A stretch of DNA of 64,000 nt from Leucoraja erinacea (taxonomy: Eukaryota), in NCBI RefSeq assembly GCF_028641065.1, contig NC_073389.1, positions 41,726,001 through 41,790,000 of the forward strand, in the 5' to 3' direction. Shown here in pieces: positions 23,678 to 35,994 of the stretch. The position numbers were made by a program, and so were the translations under genes. The first letter of the stretch is position 1, and every line of letters starts with the position of its first letter. The notes under the pieces were generated by a model. The model did no database searches and was not told where the DNA came from. It saw only the letters and a list, made by a program, of their open reading frames with translations.

Positions 23678-24004
23678 ATTGAAGCAGAAGCAGCGGCGGG
23701 AGCAGATGCGGATGGGAAGCCGGGGCTGGCGAGTGTTTGCCGGGCTGGCGAGTGTTTGCTGGGCTGGCCAATCTTTGCTGGGCTGGCCAATCTTTGCTGG
23801 GCTGGCAAGTTGCTCGCTGCAGCTCTGGCTCAATGCAAGAGTCCCGGGCCATCGGAGGCGGCCGGGCCTCGGGTCGAAGACGAGGAGGAAGCGTTGCACT
23901 GTTGCCGAGAGAATCTCTGTACAGAATTCGCCCTGGTGACCGGCATGGACCAGGCTGTGGCTCGGTCCATCCTGGAGGACAACCAGTAGCTGCTGGAAGT
24001 AGGT
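23678..24004 (+). pseudogene. TDP2: TDP2-like exon 1 fragment (N-terminal UBA-like domain) with splice donor
   Basis: RENLCTEFALVTGMDQAVARSILEDNQ*LLE (23906-23998) aligns by eye to human TDP2 RRLLCVEFASVASCDAAVAQCFLAENDWEME; Trp codon is TAG; followed by GAA|GTAGGT; acidic Ala/Gly-rich N-terminus; probable ATG>ATT at 23678. Confidence 0.68.
23723..23815 (+). repeat. 19-bp minisatellite (gggctggc....tttgct)x~5
   Basis: Direct inspection. Confidence 0.85.
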
Positions 24005-24104
24005 GCCAAGCACTGTGTAGAAGCGGTGGAAGTTAGTGGCCTTCAAATGGGGATGATTGGAGAAAGCATCCTGCTTGCCTGCTAGATTTTCATTCTTATC
24101 GTAA

Positions 24105-24440
24105 CTGCAGGAAAAATGTTCCCCATGTTGGGGGAGTCCAGAACCAGGGGTCACAATTGAAGTATAAGGGGTAGACCATTTAGGACTGAGATGAGGAAAA
24201 ACTTTTTCACCCAGAGAGTTGTGAATCTGTGGAATTCTCTGCTACGGAAAGCAGTGGAGGCCACTGGATGTTTTCAAGAGAGTTAGATTTAGCTCTTGGG
24301 GCTAGTGAATTCAAGGGATATTGGGAAAAAACAGGAAAGGGGTACTGATTTTAGATGACCAGCCATGATCATATTGAATGGCAATGCTGGCTCGAAGGGC
24401 CAAATGGCCTAATCTTGCACCTATTTTCTAAGTGTCTATG
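24105..24440 (+). mobile_element. CR1/HER1 3' fragment
   Basis: gcaggaaaaatgttccccatg..accaggggtcac..gaatctgtggaattctct plus 3'UTR. Confidence 0.88.
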
Positions 24441-24521
24441 TAACTTGCTCATGCTTGAGTATATGGCAATAAATCTTGACCACTTGATTTTGAAGCATTC
24501 ATTCATGGTGGAAGGATAATG

Positions 24522-24842
24522 TAGTCATAGAGTGATACAGTGTGGAAACAGGCCCTTCGGCCCAACTTGCCCACACCGGCCAACGTGCTCCAGCTCCACT
24601 AGTCCCACCTGCCTGTGCTAGGTCCATGTCCCTTCAAACTTGTCCTATCCCTATACCTGTCTAACTGTTTCTTAAATGTTGGGATAGTCCCAGCCTCAAC
24701 TACCTCCTCTGGCAACTTGTTCCATACACCCACCACCCTTTGTGTGGAAAAAGTTACCCCTCAGATTCCTATGAAATCTTTTCCCCTTCACCTTAAATTT
24801 GTCCTCTGGTCCTCGATTCACCTACTCTGGGCAAGAGACTCA
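24522..24842 (-). mobile_element. CR1-type LINE 3' fragment (second family)
   Basis: gtcatagagtgatacagtgtggaaacaggcccttcggccc tail. Confidence 0.8.
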
Positions 24843-25499
24843 GTGCATTGAAATGTATATTTCTAATACGTTTTAGATTTCTCGAAAGTCTTACTTTTAT
24901 AAAAGGAATGCTTCCACAAACATATACCCCCTTTATTCATGTCATGGTTTGATGATTCTAAATTCAAATCTAAATGAAATGTAAATCAAAAGGAGAGCGC
25001 ACTTTCAAAATACTCTGATTTTTTTCCCCCGAGCAAAATATAATTTGTATGACTTAGCAAAATCAGGAAATGTTATGATTATTTCTTGTCCCTTTTTCCA
25101 TCTACAAACAAAAAAAAATATCCCTTGAAATTATAACACATTTAAAAGTTTTTTTGTCAAATTTTCTGTACTGTTGAAGGCACTGACGCCTGTATTATTA
25201 TCCCCCGGTTTATGGTGGTCGAGCAATTACAAAAATAATAATCACCTGCTCCTATCTCTCATGTGGGCCCTAGATTATCTTAAAAATACTTTATAAAAAA
25301 CCCCATTGAAATCATGCTTCTACAATGCACTAAAACATGATTTTAATACATCAAGTTTCAAAAAGTCCCTACTGTGGGTGGGGGGTGACTCTCTCCCACC
25401 CCTTCCCCCGCTCGGTTGCTCCGCTCCTTCGCCAGGTACCCCCAGGACTGGTGATCAGTGATTACTCAGTGCCCCCACTTTCAAAAACGCTCTGCAGCC

Positions 25500-26866
25500 C
25501 CTACATCCACTGCCTCTCCCCTGTCCATTTTAATTGTTACATTCTCAAAAAATTCCAGAAGATTAGTCAAACATAATTTCCTCCTTCGTAACTCCATGCT
25601 GACTTGGAACGATCCTGTTACTGCTATCCAAATGCACAGCTATCATGTCTTTAATATACGACTATAGCATCTTCCCCACCATCGATGTCAGGCTAACTGG
25701 TCTATAATTCCCTGCTTTCTCCCTCCATCCTTTCTTAAAAAGTGGGATAACATTAACTACCCACCAATCCACAGGAAATGATCCAGAATCTATAGAATCT
25801 ATAGAAAATAATCTCCAATGCGTCCACGATTTCTCTTTGATCACATTGAATGGTGGTGCTGGCTCAAAGGGCTGAATGGCCTACTCCTGCACCTATTGTC
25901 TATTGTCAATTGTCTACCCTGGGATGCAGACCATCAGGCCCTGGGGATTTATCAGCCTTCAGTCCCATTAGTCTACCCAACACCATTTCCTGATAAATGT
26001 GAATTCCCTTCAGTTCCTCCGTCACCCTAGGTCCTCTGGTCACTAGTATATTTGGGAGATTGTTTGTGTCTGGCTTATTGCCATAGAGGGAGTGCAGAGA
26101 CGGTTCACCAGACTGATTCCTGGGATGTCAGGACTGTCTTATGAAGAAAGACTGGATAGACTTGGTTTATACTCTCTAGAATTTAGGAGATTGAGAGGGA
26201 ATCTTATAGAAACTTACAAAATTCTTAAGGGGTTGGACAGGCTAGATGCAGGAAGATTGTTCCCGATGTTGGGGAAGTCCAGGACAAGGGGTCACAGCTT
26301 AAGGATAAGGGGGAAATCCTTTAAAACCGAGATGAGAAGAACTTTTTTTTTCACACAGAGAGTGGTGAATCTCTGGAACTCTATGCCACAGGAGGTAGTT
26401 GAGGCCAGCTCATTGGCCATAATTCAGAGGGAGTTAGATGTGGCCTTTGTGGCTAAGGGGATCAGGGGGTATGGAGAGAAGCCAGGTACGGGATACTGAG
26501 TTGGATGATCAGCCATGATCATATTGAATGGCGGTACAGGCTCGAAGGGCCGAATGGCCTACTCCTGCACCTAATTTCTATGTTTCTATGTTTCTATGTT
26601 AACTATTTTTTTCCTCTTCACATACCTAAATAAGCTTTTACTACCCTCCATTATATTCTTGGCTAGCTTACCTTCGTACTTCATCTTTTCTCCCCTTATT
26701 GCCTTTTTAGTTACCTTCTGTTGATCTTTAAAAGTTTCCAAATCCTCTGGCTTCCCGCTCATTTTTGCAATGTTATACATCTTCTCTTTTATTTTTATAC
26801 TGTCCTTGACTTCCCTTGTCAGCCACGGTCGTCTCTTACTCCTCTTAGAATCTTTCTTCCTCTTTG
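25500..26866 (-). mobile_element. CR1 ORF2 internal fragment interrupted by a younger CR1 3' end
   Basis: PLFKKG.REKAGNYRPVSLTS (25662-25844) and RPWLTREVKDSIK (26586-26933). Confidence 0.8.
26073..26596 (+). mobile_element. CR1/HER1 3' fragment
   Basis: ORF 26092-26499 QRRFTRLIPGM..GYGEKPGTGY and (tatgtttc)n tail. Confidence 0.92.
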
Positions 26867-26981
26867 GCTGTGTTAATGTGCGGGGATGGCTGGTCATCGC
26901 GGACTCGGCGGGCCGAAGGGCCTGTTTCCACACTGTATCTCTAAACTAAACTAAACTAAACTAAATTAAACTAAACTAAAC
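26867..26981 (+). mobile_element. V-SINE 3' tail with (ctaaa)n microsatellite
   Basis: gggccgaagggcctgtttcc..tctaaactaaactaaac. Confidence 0.8.
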
Positions 26982-27427
26982 CAGTTTTTCATCATCTGTT
27001 GTGATCCTTTAAAAAAAATTCACAATCCAGAAACTTCGGTAGCTTGGTGTTGCGAATTTGAAGTTTGCCACTGGATGTCAGTGTAGACATACCGATAGGA
27101 ACTGCTCTTTTCCCAGTGTCACTGTGCAGATCGAATGGTATTAAAACTATACAGTGGGAGGAACCCTAACATTTGCAGGGCTTTAGACATGATCGTCCAT
27201 TATTGTTAAGCAAGCATCCAAATGCCCTCTTCATTCTCAGCCAATGATCATGTTAAGATAGGCAGCACCTATTATAAGTTGTACAGCAAGTCAGTGGGAG
27301 ACAACAGTTTTATGCAACTTAAGGGTAAAGCCAATCGTACACTTGATCAACCCTCCAAATTTACATGACATTTACAGCATAAACACAAGCCACCCACCTC
27401 TTTATGATATAAACCTCCTCTCGTACT

Positions 27428-27735
27428 AGTTTAGTTTAGAGGTACAGCATAGAAACAGGCCCTTTGGCCCACCGAGTCCGTGCAGACCAGCGATCCCTGT
27501 ATACTAACATTATCCTACACACACGAGGGACTATTTACATTTATACCAAGCCAATTAGCCTACAGACCTGTGCGTCTTTGGAATGTGGGGGGAAACCGGA
27601 GATTCTCAGAGAAAAGCCACACAGTTCATGGGGAGAACGTACAAACTCCGCACAGACAGCTAACATAGTCAGGATCAAACCTGGGTCTCTGGCGCTGTAA
27701 TGCAGCAATTCTACCACTGCACCACTGTGCCGCCT
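27428..27735 (-). mobile_element. V-SINE (HE1-like)
   Basis: Full head, core and tail. Confidence 0.87.
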
Positions 27736-28159
27736 GTACTTGTATTCATTTCAGGCTGTTTTATTCCAAGCCATTATATTTGTAAAAGAAAATTCAACCA
27801 CTTTAAGGGTGACTAATAATGCTTTAACCATTGTCACGCGCATTGTTCCAGTGTGGCTGTATGATTTTTCCATTCAAAATATCCAAATTAAATCGGAGGG
27901 AGGTGGAAATTCAATTCTTGGAAAGGCAGATCTGGATCACAATTATTTTAGTGCAATTCAGTTCCTTATCTGCATGAGCAAATTGACAATGAAATGCTCT
28001 GTCTGCTACACTGAATGTTAACCAGCTGAAGATTGATTTAATAAGCCTGGAGGGAAGAGGGAAACGTCTGCTGCGTTCAGCATAAGCAGGTGTACCAGGC
28101 CCACCTACATTGAACCGGAAAAAATTATTCAGGAGAAAATAAAATTTCCAGTCGGCAAG

Positions 28160-28465
28160 GGGCAGCACCGTGGTGCAGCAGTGGTGTTGCGGCCTTACCC
28201 AGAGACCCGGGTTCGATCCTGACTACGGGTGCTGTCTGTACAGAGTTTGTACGTACACCCCGTCGTGACTTGGTGGGTTTTCTCCGGGATCTCCGGTTTC
28301 CTTCCACACTCTGAAGATGTACGTGTTTGTAGGTTAATTGGCGTGGTATAATTGCAGTGTATAGGATAGTGTGTGTAGGATAGTGAAAGTGTGTGGGGAT
28401 CGCTGGTTGGTGTGGATCTGGTGGGCCGCAAGGCGTGTTTCTGCGCTGAATCTCTAAACTTAACT
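28160..28465 (+). mobile_element. V-SINE (HE1-like)
   Basis: gtggtgcagcagtgg A-box, ggttcgatcc B-box, V-domain. Confidence 0.87.
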
Positions 28466-29467
28466 CCAAAAAAACGAAACAGTCCAAACGTGCTGAGTAA
28501 GTGATATCACCTTGTTATTATCAGCGTCACTGTCCATGATCATTAGGTTGCCAACTCTCCCAGACTGTCCCTGAATCTAGGTGGATGAGGAGCTAGTCCT
28601 TGGGATGCCGTCGTGAACAACTTGGAAGCTAAATCACAGGATGTGCAACAAAAAGTGTCTCTTTGCAGTCAGAAATAATGACATGAAATTATGGATAATG
28701 CACCTGCTGAGTTATGCCAGCACTTTGTGGCCTCTTGTGTAAATCAGAATCTGCAGTTCTTTGTTTCTACATTTATCTCATAGTTGTGTGTGTAAGCTTG
28801 CTCCCTACTTCCTACACTCCCTACAACAGCTGTGCTTTAGCACTATTTCAGAACAGGAAGTTACCCTATAAATGGAATTTCATTATTTAGGATCAGGGTT
28901 CCAAACATTAAAGGGAAATTTGTGAGCATTCAGCCATTGATAATGGAAATGGATAAAGGAATACGCAGCAAGTTATATTCAAGGAGACATGGGTTATACG
29001 CTGGGACAGTAGGTGGGGAATACAGGCTCTTAGAAGAGAGTGAGGGTTTTACAATGCATTTTAAAGTTGGAGGCAAATGTGGGTTGGCAGGAACTGAGGT
29101 GACAAGATCCAGCAAGGGATTTGTGTGGCACTGATCTGTAAGCAAACATTTGGCATTGGTGTCCAAGCCTGAATGTGTATTAAGAATGCCTTAATTTATG
29201 AATGGATACTTCTGGCAAGCAACCTTTCCCATTGGAAGCACCAAACAGAAATCACATGCAAGCTTCCTGTGGTTCTTGGCTCAGTGGAGTTTGTCCTGTA
29301 AAATTGCCTGGAGAGAGTGTATACACAGTAGTTCAAATTGCCAGACATAGTCTGAGCTTGAATAGCGATGGCACCAACCAGGAAGGTAGTGCCAGCATAG
29401 CAAAAACATGCATGCACGAGATGAAATGGGCGAACCTTTCAACTGCAGACTCTTCATCGCAACTGAA

Positions 29468-29852
29468 AAAAACATATACAATTCTTAATGGATTGGACAG
29501 GCTAGATGCAGGAAAAATGTTCCCGATGTTGTGGGAGTCCAGAACTAGGGTTCACAGTTTAAGAATAAGGTGTAGGCCATTTAGGACTGTGATAAGGAAA
29601 AACTTTTTCAACCAGAGAGTTGTGAATCTGTGGAATTCTCTGCCACAGAAGGCAGTGGAGGTCAATTCACTGGACGTTTTCAAGATAGTTAGATATAGCT
29701 CTTACGGCCTAACGGAATCAAGGGATGTGGGGAGAAAGCAGGAACGGGACACTGATTTTGGATGATCAGCCATGATCATATTGAATGGCGGTGCTGGCTC
29801 GAAGGGCCAAATGGCCTACTCCTGCACCTATTTTCTCTGTTTCTATGTTTCT
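29468..29852 (+). mobile_element. CR1/HER1 3' fragment
   Basis: LDRLDAGKMFPML..VVNLWNSLPQKAVE and tail. Confidence 0.9.
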
Positions 29853-30184
29853 AAGTGTCTAAAATCACAGCTAAACAGCATTTAAACAATAGCTGAGATT
29901 GATAGCTGTTCATCTTTTTTTTGTAGTTTTAACAAAGGCTCCATTCCTGAACAGTTAATTCATCTGTTCTATTCATTGATTGATTGATCTGCTCAGTGTT
30001 CTACGTATTTCACCTTTTAGTTTGGCCTCCAACAAAGGCAACATATTTTCTCTCACCTCCCAACATTGGGTCAAATATGTGAAACATAGAAACATAGAAA
30101 ATAGGTGCAGGAGTAGACCATTCGTGTGCAGGTATGCATGCACTATTCTCTGTGTTTCGCAACACAGTTTAATTAAGTTTAGTA

Positions 30185-31032
30185 TATTTAGTTTAGTTTA
30201 TTTAGTTTATAAATATCACACGTACCAAGATAAAGTGAAAAACTTTTTTGTTGTAAGTTATCCAGTCAGCGAAAAGATTATACATGATTACAATCAGGCT
30301 GTCCACAGAGTACAGATACAGGATAAAGGGTATAACCTTTAGTGCAAGATAAAGTCCAGTAAAATCTGATTTTACTTCGGAGTCACGTGAGTGACTACGT
30401 GAAGAACCATTTCCCTGCCTGTAGTTGGGAAAGAAAACAAAAAAGACCGCAGAGTAAACGCTTACCTGCAATTAGCGGCTTTTAAACTGCCGCCACGAAG
30501 GAACGTCCTTCCACCGCGTCTGGCATTTCGCAATGCGTGTAGTGATAGACGTGATGCATTAACTCGTTTCCACGGCATGAAATCACAGAGCTTTAAAATC
30601 TTCACGTAGTCACTCACGTGACTCCGAACTAAAATAGTAAGATTAAACGAAAACTTACCAGTTTGAAGTTTGATCTGTATTTTATGAGGAGTTACGATGA
30701 AGGATTACGTGCCCTCCGCTCCCACCCTGATCATATACTTAACTGGTATCTCTTCTCTAATCTTACTATGTTTAATCATTACAGTTATCTGTGATTTCAC
30801 ACCGCTGCTTTGAAGAATGACACGCATGCGTCCTGGCAGGGTTCTTCACGTAATCCCTCATCGTAACTCCTCATAAAATACAGATCAAACGTCAAACTGG
30901 TAAGTTCTCGTTTAATCTTACTATTAAAAATAGTTTGAAGTTCTCCCATGAGGTCGATGGGAGATGAGGACCACACTCTAGTTGGTGAGAGGACAGTTCA
31001 GTTGCCTGATAACAGCCGGGAAGAAACTGTCT
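30185..31032 (-). mobile_element. Non-LTR retroposon 3' end (Rex1/L2-type), host of the mini-DIRS
   Basis: Same family as 41575-41685; reads continuously as aaatctgatt|aaaaatag once 30372-30925 is removed. Confidence 0.6.
30372..30925 (+). mobile_element. Miniature non-autonomous DIRS1-type element (left terminus, ICR, right terminus)
   Basis: 30599-30632 is the reverse complement of the left end (30372-30405); 30633-30711 is the reverse complement of the right end (30847-30925); residual ITR tacgtgaagaacc/ggttcttcacgta; ATT at both junctions. Confidence 0.82.
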
Positions 31033-31344
31033 GAGAGGAAAGGTTTCCATGTTGAAAGATAATCTATCTGAAAATCTATTCTGATAGAATCTATTCATTT
31101 ATCTCCTCTTGTTACCAATTCACCAGCCCATGAAATCATTCATTTCAGACCTTTGGATAATATCAAACAAAACCATTGGCTAGATCTTTTTATTCAGCCT
31201 TCTTTGAACAGTGCTTGTTAGTGGATTATATTTAGAACCGGATATTTCTTGAAATGTATGCTAACATTGGAGAAGTTCAACACACATTAAGCAGTTTGGA
31301 TGTGGGCAAGTAAGGTGGATGGTCCACTTCCAGACTTCTGTGAC

Positions 31345-31838
31345 TTGTCATTAAGCTGAAATAGTGCAGAGAAGATTAACGAGGATGTTGTCAGGACTGA
31401 GCTATAGAGAGAGATTGGGCAATCTAGGACCTTACTCCATGGAGCGCAGGAGGCTAAGGGGTAATCGTAGAGAGGTGTATAAAATCATGAGGGGAGTTGA
31501 TAAGGTGAATGAACAATCTTTTACCCAGGGTAGGGGAATCAAGATCCAGAGGACATAGGTTTAAGGTGATAAGGGGAAAGATTTAACAGGAATCTGAGGG
31601 GCAACTTTTTCACTCAGAAGGTGGTGGGTAGATACAATGATCTGCTAGAGGAGGCAGTTGAGTTAGATACAATAACAGCAGTAAAAAGACACTTGGACAG
31701 GTATGAGTATAGGAAAGGTTTAGAGGATAGGGATTAAATGCGGGCAAATGGAGCTACCTTATACAGGGCATGTTGGTCGGCATTGACGAGCTGGGCCGAA
31801 GGGCCTGTTTCCATGCTGTATGACTCTGACTATGACTG
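31345..31838 (+). mobile_element. CR1-type 3' fragment
   Basis: QRRLTRML..MERRRLRG..VYKIMRG and (tgact)n tail. Confidence 0.85.
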
Positions 31839-32120
31839 AGTAGAAACAGCTACGGGGTGGTTGTGGTCCCAGTAAATGGATCCATTGTCAGATCATGTTC
31901 ATGAGCATTTTGAATTATATCTCATCCCTCTGTTTAGCTCAGACCTTGGCAGCTGCAGCAGAGGCATAGAATAAATGGGAATCAACTACATGGGCAGAAT
32001 ATGGGGGACTATTTTCACATATTCAATCCTTTTCATAATGTGTAAAAATGTGTAAAAATGTAAAGAACCATAAAAAGCTACTATTACAGTATACAGCAAG
32101 GACACGTTGAAAGAAATATC

Positions 32121-32426
32121 AGTGGTGCAGTGGTAGAGTTGTTGCCCTACAGCACCAGAGACCCAGGTTTGATCCTGTCTATGGGTGCTGTCTGTACGGA
32201 TCCATTATTTCTTCCTGTGACCTTCGTGGGTTTTCTCCGGGAGCTCTGGTTTCCTCCTACACTCCAAAGACTTCCAGGTTTGTAGGTTAATAAGGCTTGG
32301 TGAAAATAATGAAGTGTCCCGAGTGTGTGTAGGATAGTTTTAGTGTGTGGGGATCGCTGGTCAGTGCGGAATCAGTGGGCCAAAGGACCTGTTTCTGTGC
32401 TATATTTCGAAACTAAACTAAACTAA
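32121..32426 (+). mobile_element. V-SINE (HE1-like)
   Basis: Head, core and tail. Confidence 0.85.
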
Positions 32427-32929
32427 ATTTATTTTTTTCTACATTCAGTATCCGGAACTTAACGAGAGCTGATCTACTTTACACTTGCAGCCCTGAAGAA
32501 TCAAATGCTATAGTCTTTGCTGTGGTGGCATTTGGATTTATTTTAAGCTAATAGGACATCTGCTATCTGCACAAACTCAGCTGTGCCGCAGTGGAAAGCT
32601 ACCATTTTAATTTTTATTAATTGGAAAGGCCTCTTTCAATGTGCCACATTGATTGCTCCTCATTTGTTTACATTGCTTGAACTTCTGGTTTCAATGTGCT
32701 CAACATGTGGTTTTGCCAGTGTTCCCAAGGGGCTCCTATCAGTCTCCACAAATTCCGAACAGTCTGCAGCTGTGACTTGTACAAAAGAAAATGAAGTGAT
32801 GGAACGGATCTCAGTGCTGGGGGCTTCAGTTGCAATCAGCAGGTTAGGGCAGTCACAGGTCTCCTATATCTCTGAGCCTCTTCCTGCCCAGGCAGAGTGG
32901 TTAAGTTCTCCTGCAGAATGCAATCCTAT

Positions 32930-33240
32930 AGGTCGACTCAGTGGTACAGCAGAAGAGCTGCCCCCTTACAGTGCCAGAGACCCAGGTTCGATCCTGACGG
33001 GTGCTGAATGTACAGGGAGAGTTTGTATGTTCTCCTTGTGACCACGTGGGTTTTCTCCAGGTGCTCTGGTTTCCTCCCACACTCCAAAGATGTACAAGTT
33101 TTGTAGGTTAATTGGCATTGATAAGATTGTAAATTGCCCCTAGAGTGTAGGATAGTGCTAGTGTACGGGGTGATCGCTGGTTGGTGTGGTCTCGGAGGCC
33201 CAAAGTGCCTGTTCCCATGCTGTATCGCTAAAGTCTAAAC
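32930..33240 (+). mobile_element. V-SINE (HE1-like)
   Basis: Head, core and tail. Confidence 0.85.
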
Positions 33241-33467
33241 TGATGAAGCCAAGGTATAAGGTAGAGATTGGCGCAATACAAGCCAGAAGGCCATTCAATT
33301 CCTAATCTCTTTTCAATTAATTAATATCAAATGGAGCAGTAGAAATGAAGCCACAGGGTCCATTCTCAAGGATATGGGGTTTGTAAGTTATTTGGCCTCT
33401 GTAATTTGCCCATAGTGTGTAGGGAGTGGATGCGTAAGTGGGATAACAGGGAACTAGTGTGAATGGC

Positions 33468-33562
33468 TAGACACAAAATGCTGGAGGAACTCAGCGGGAC
33501 AGGCAGCATATCTGGAGAGAAGGAATGGTTGATGTTTCGGGTCGAGACCCTTCTTCAGACTG
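33468..33562 (-). mobile_element. Penelope-derived short repeat with hammerhead-like core, inside a SINE 3' part (33380-33635)
   Basis: Reverse complement cagtctgaagaagggtctcgacccgaaacatc; gtgtgaatgg duplicated on both sides. Confidence 0.75.
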
Positions 33563-34080
33563 TGTGTGAATGGGTGATCGATGATCGATGATGGACTGAA
33601 GGGCCTGTTTCCATGCTTTATCTTTCAATCAATCGATCAAGTTGGTAATAATCATTCTTTTGAATTGCAAAGTTAATGTCACACTGAGGCTCAACACACA
33701 AAAATTGGCAACTGATGTACCACTTGCAATTTAAAAAATCCTCCCAGTTTGTTTTCATGCAGGATAATCTAATTAAAGTCTGACACAATGTCACAAAAAT
33801 GCTTGTTCAAAGAGATTCAGTGTAAAGGTATCAGTGAAACCATATCACACATACCTGGTGAGGGATTCTAGGACACAGATCAAAGGTTAGGTTATTGAGG
33901 GTGGAATGAGGGGAATTGTGAATGAGCAAGAGGCCAGGATTGAAGAAGAGCAAGATCTGAGGTGACTGTTGCGAAGAAGGATGAATAATTTTAAAGTGAT
34001 AGCATGATGAAGGGATAGTCAGTGAGCACGGAGATGGTGAAGGTCATCGAATACTGAGATGATTTGAAATAAGGCACAGA

Positions 34081-34290
34081 ATTTGTACGTTCTCCCCGTG
34101 ACCTGCATGGGTTTTCTCCGGGATCTCTGGTTTCCTCCCACACTCCAAAGACGTACAAGTTTGTAGGTGAATTGGTTTCAGTAAAATTGTAAATTGGCCC
34201 TAGTGCGTGTAGGGTAGTGTTAGTCTGGGCGATCGCTGGTCGGCGTGGATTCGGTGGGCCGAAGGGCCTGTTTCCGCACTAGATAACGAA
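34081..34290 (+). mobile_element. V-SINE, 5'-truncated
   Basis: V-domain and tail. Confidence 0.85.
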
Positions 34291-35013
34291 ACAAAACTGT
34301 GCTGTGGACAGTTTCTTTTGGACTTTGCCCCAAAGCAGATCCTACTTTTTTACGCCACCATAAACAATTAGCCTCACTACGTGAATCCTAACCTCAACCC
34401 AAGTACCTGGGGGACAGACTGTTGCTCAAGCTACTTTCCAGGAGCCAGCGAATTCAGGAGGGAAGTGAGAAAGTTAGAATTGTGGAGGGGGGCAGGGAAA
34501 AGTGATTGATGGAAACCTTCTCTTTCTGGAATGAATCACACTTCAGCTCATTTATCTCTGTGCGGAATATGTATTTCTTCAGCTCTTAGTTGAGGCAGCA
34601 GAGAGAGGTATTTGGGATTTTGGTTTGGGATGCACTCCGGTGGAAATGGATATCCTGGACAATTTCCATCGGCACCAGTCAGTTGGTTTTTATAACCATA
34701 GGAATGTATCCATTTGAGGCATACCAGCGCCCACTCTGATTAACTGTACGATTCAAAGACATACTGTTTATTGAATTTTGAGAAGAACAACTTATCCTTT
34801 GGGCAGCTGAATAATACAAACAAATGCACAGCAATCGGTGTGTTCAATTCATTTGTAATCGTGTTATCAAATTGCTTTTGGCTCATGATGAGAAAGGGCA
34901 GCAAGTGGTCCATGGGATGGCCAATGATGGAACATAGTCTGGATGACTACAACCAAATCACCAAAGCCCCTTGGACACTTTATATATATATATACACACA
35001 TATATATATATAT

Positions 35014-35360
35014 ATAACCATATAACACCATATAACAATTACAGCACGGAAACAGGCCATCTCGACCCTTCTAGTCCGTGCTGAACATATAATCTCCCCT
35101 AGTCCCATATACCTGCGCTCAGACCATAACCCTCCATTCCCTTCCCATCCATAAACTATCCAATTTATTTTTAAATGATAAAAACGAACCTGCCTCCACC
35201 ACCTTCACTGGAAGCTCATTCCACACAGCTACCACTCTCTGAGTAAAGAAGTTCCCCCTCATGTTACCCCTAAACTTCAGTCCCTTAATTCTCAAGTCAT
35301 GTCCCATTGTTTGAATCTTCCCTACTCTCAGTGGGAAAAGCTTTTCCACGTCAACTCTGT
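35014..35360 (-). mobile_element. 3' fragment of the same CR1 family as 10435-14983
   Basis: VDVEKLFPLRVGKIQTMGHDLRIKG..; shared 3'UTR and ttatatgg tail. Confidence 0.9.
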
Positions 35361-35380
35361 ACGTCAACATCCATGTCAAC

Positions 35381-35465
<85 letters not shown>
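35381..35465. repeat. Compound (TA)n(GT)n(TA)n microsatellite; also (TA)n at 34980-35014
   Basis: Direct inspection. Confidence 0.95.
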
Positions 35466-35994
35466 CGTGCACAAATTAACAGATATATTAATGACAAAGG
35501 TGACCTGTATATATGCAGAGCATTTATCGCTCAATTGTTAAATTCCATTGCACTACAAAACATTATTGAATAAACAAAGAAATAATATGTCCGACCAAAA
35601 TAGAAAGATTAAGCAGGTAACTAAATAGTTGTTTAAGGAAGTAGATTTTAACCAGCTTAGAGTAATTGAGTTGTAGTCATACTGCTGTACAGCATGGAAA
35701 CAGGCCCTTTGACTCACATTGTCCAAGCCAACCACGTTGTCCCGTTTTCCTATATTTAGTCAATATCCCTCGAAACCCTTCCTATATCTGTCAAATTGGC
35801 TTTTCTAAGCTGAAATTGTATAAAAGAGGATGATGCAGAGGTGGGCACTTGATGCCTAGGGAACAGGTTTGGTGAAGTTACCACAACTGCCTAAATCAGG
35901 GTTGCACAAGGGGCCAGGATCAGACGACAGATAGCTTAGAGAGCTGTTGGGACTATCAAAGACACAGAAGGGAGTGACCACACAGGCACCCATA

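Noticed and set aside
24850-25500. Possible DNA-transposon remnant
   Set aside because: One end looks transposon-like, but no matching TIR or TSD was found.
32583-33041. 152-aa ORF
   Set aside because: Non-ATG start, runs into a SINE, no domain features.
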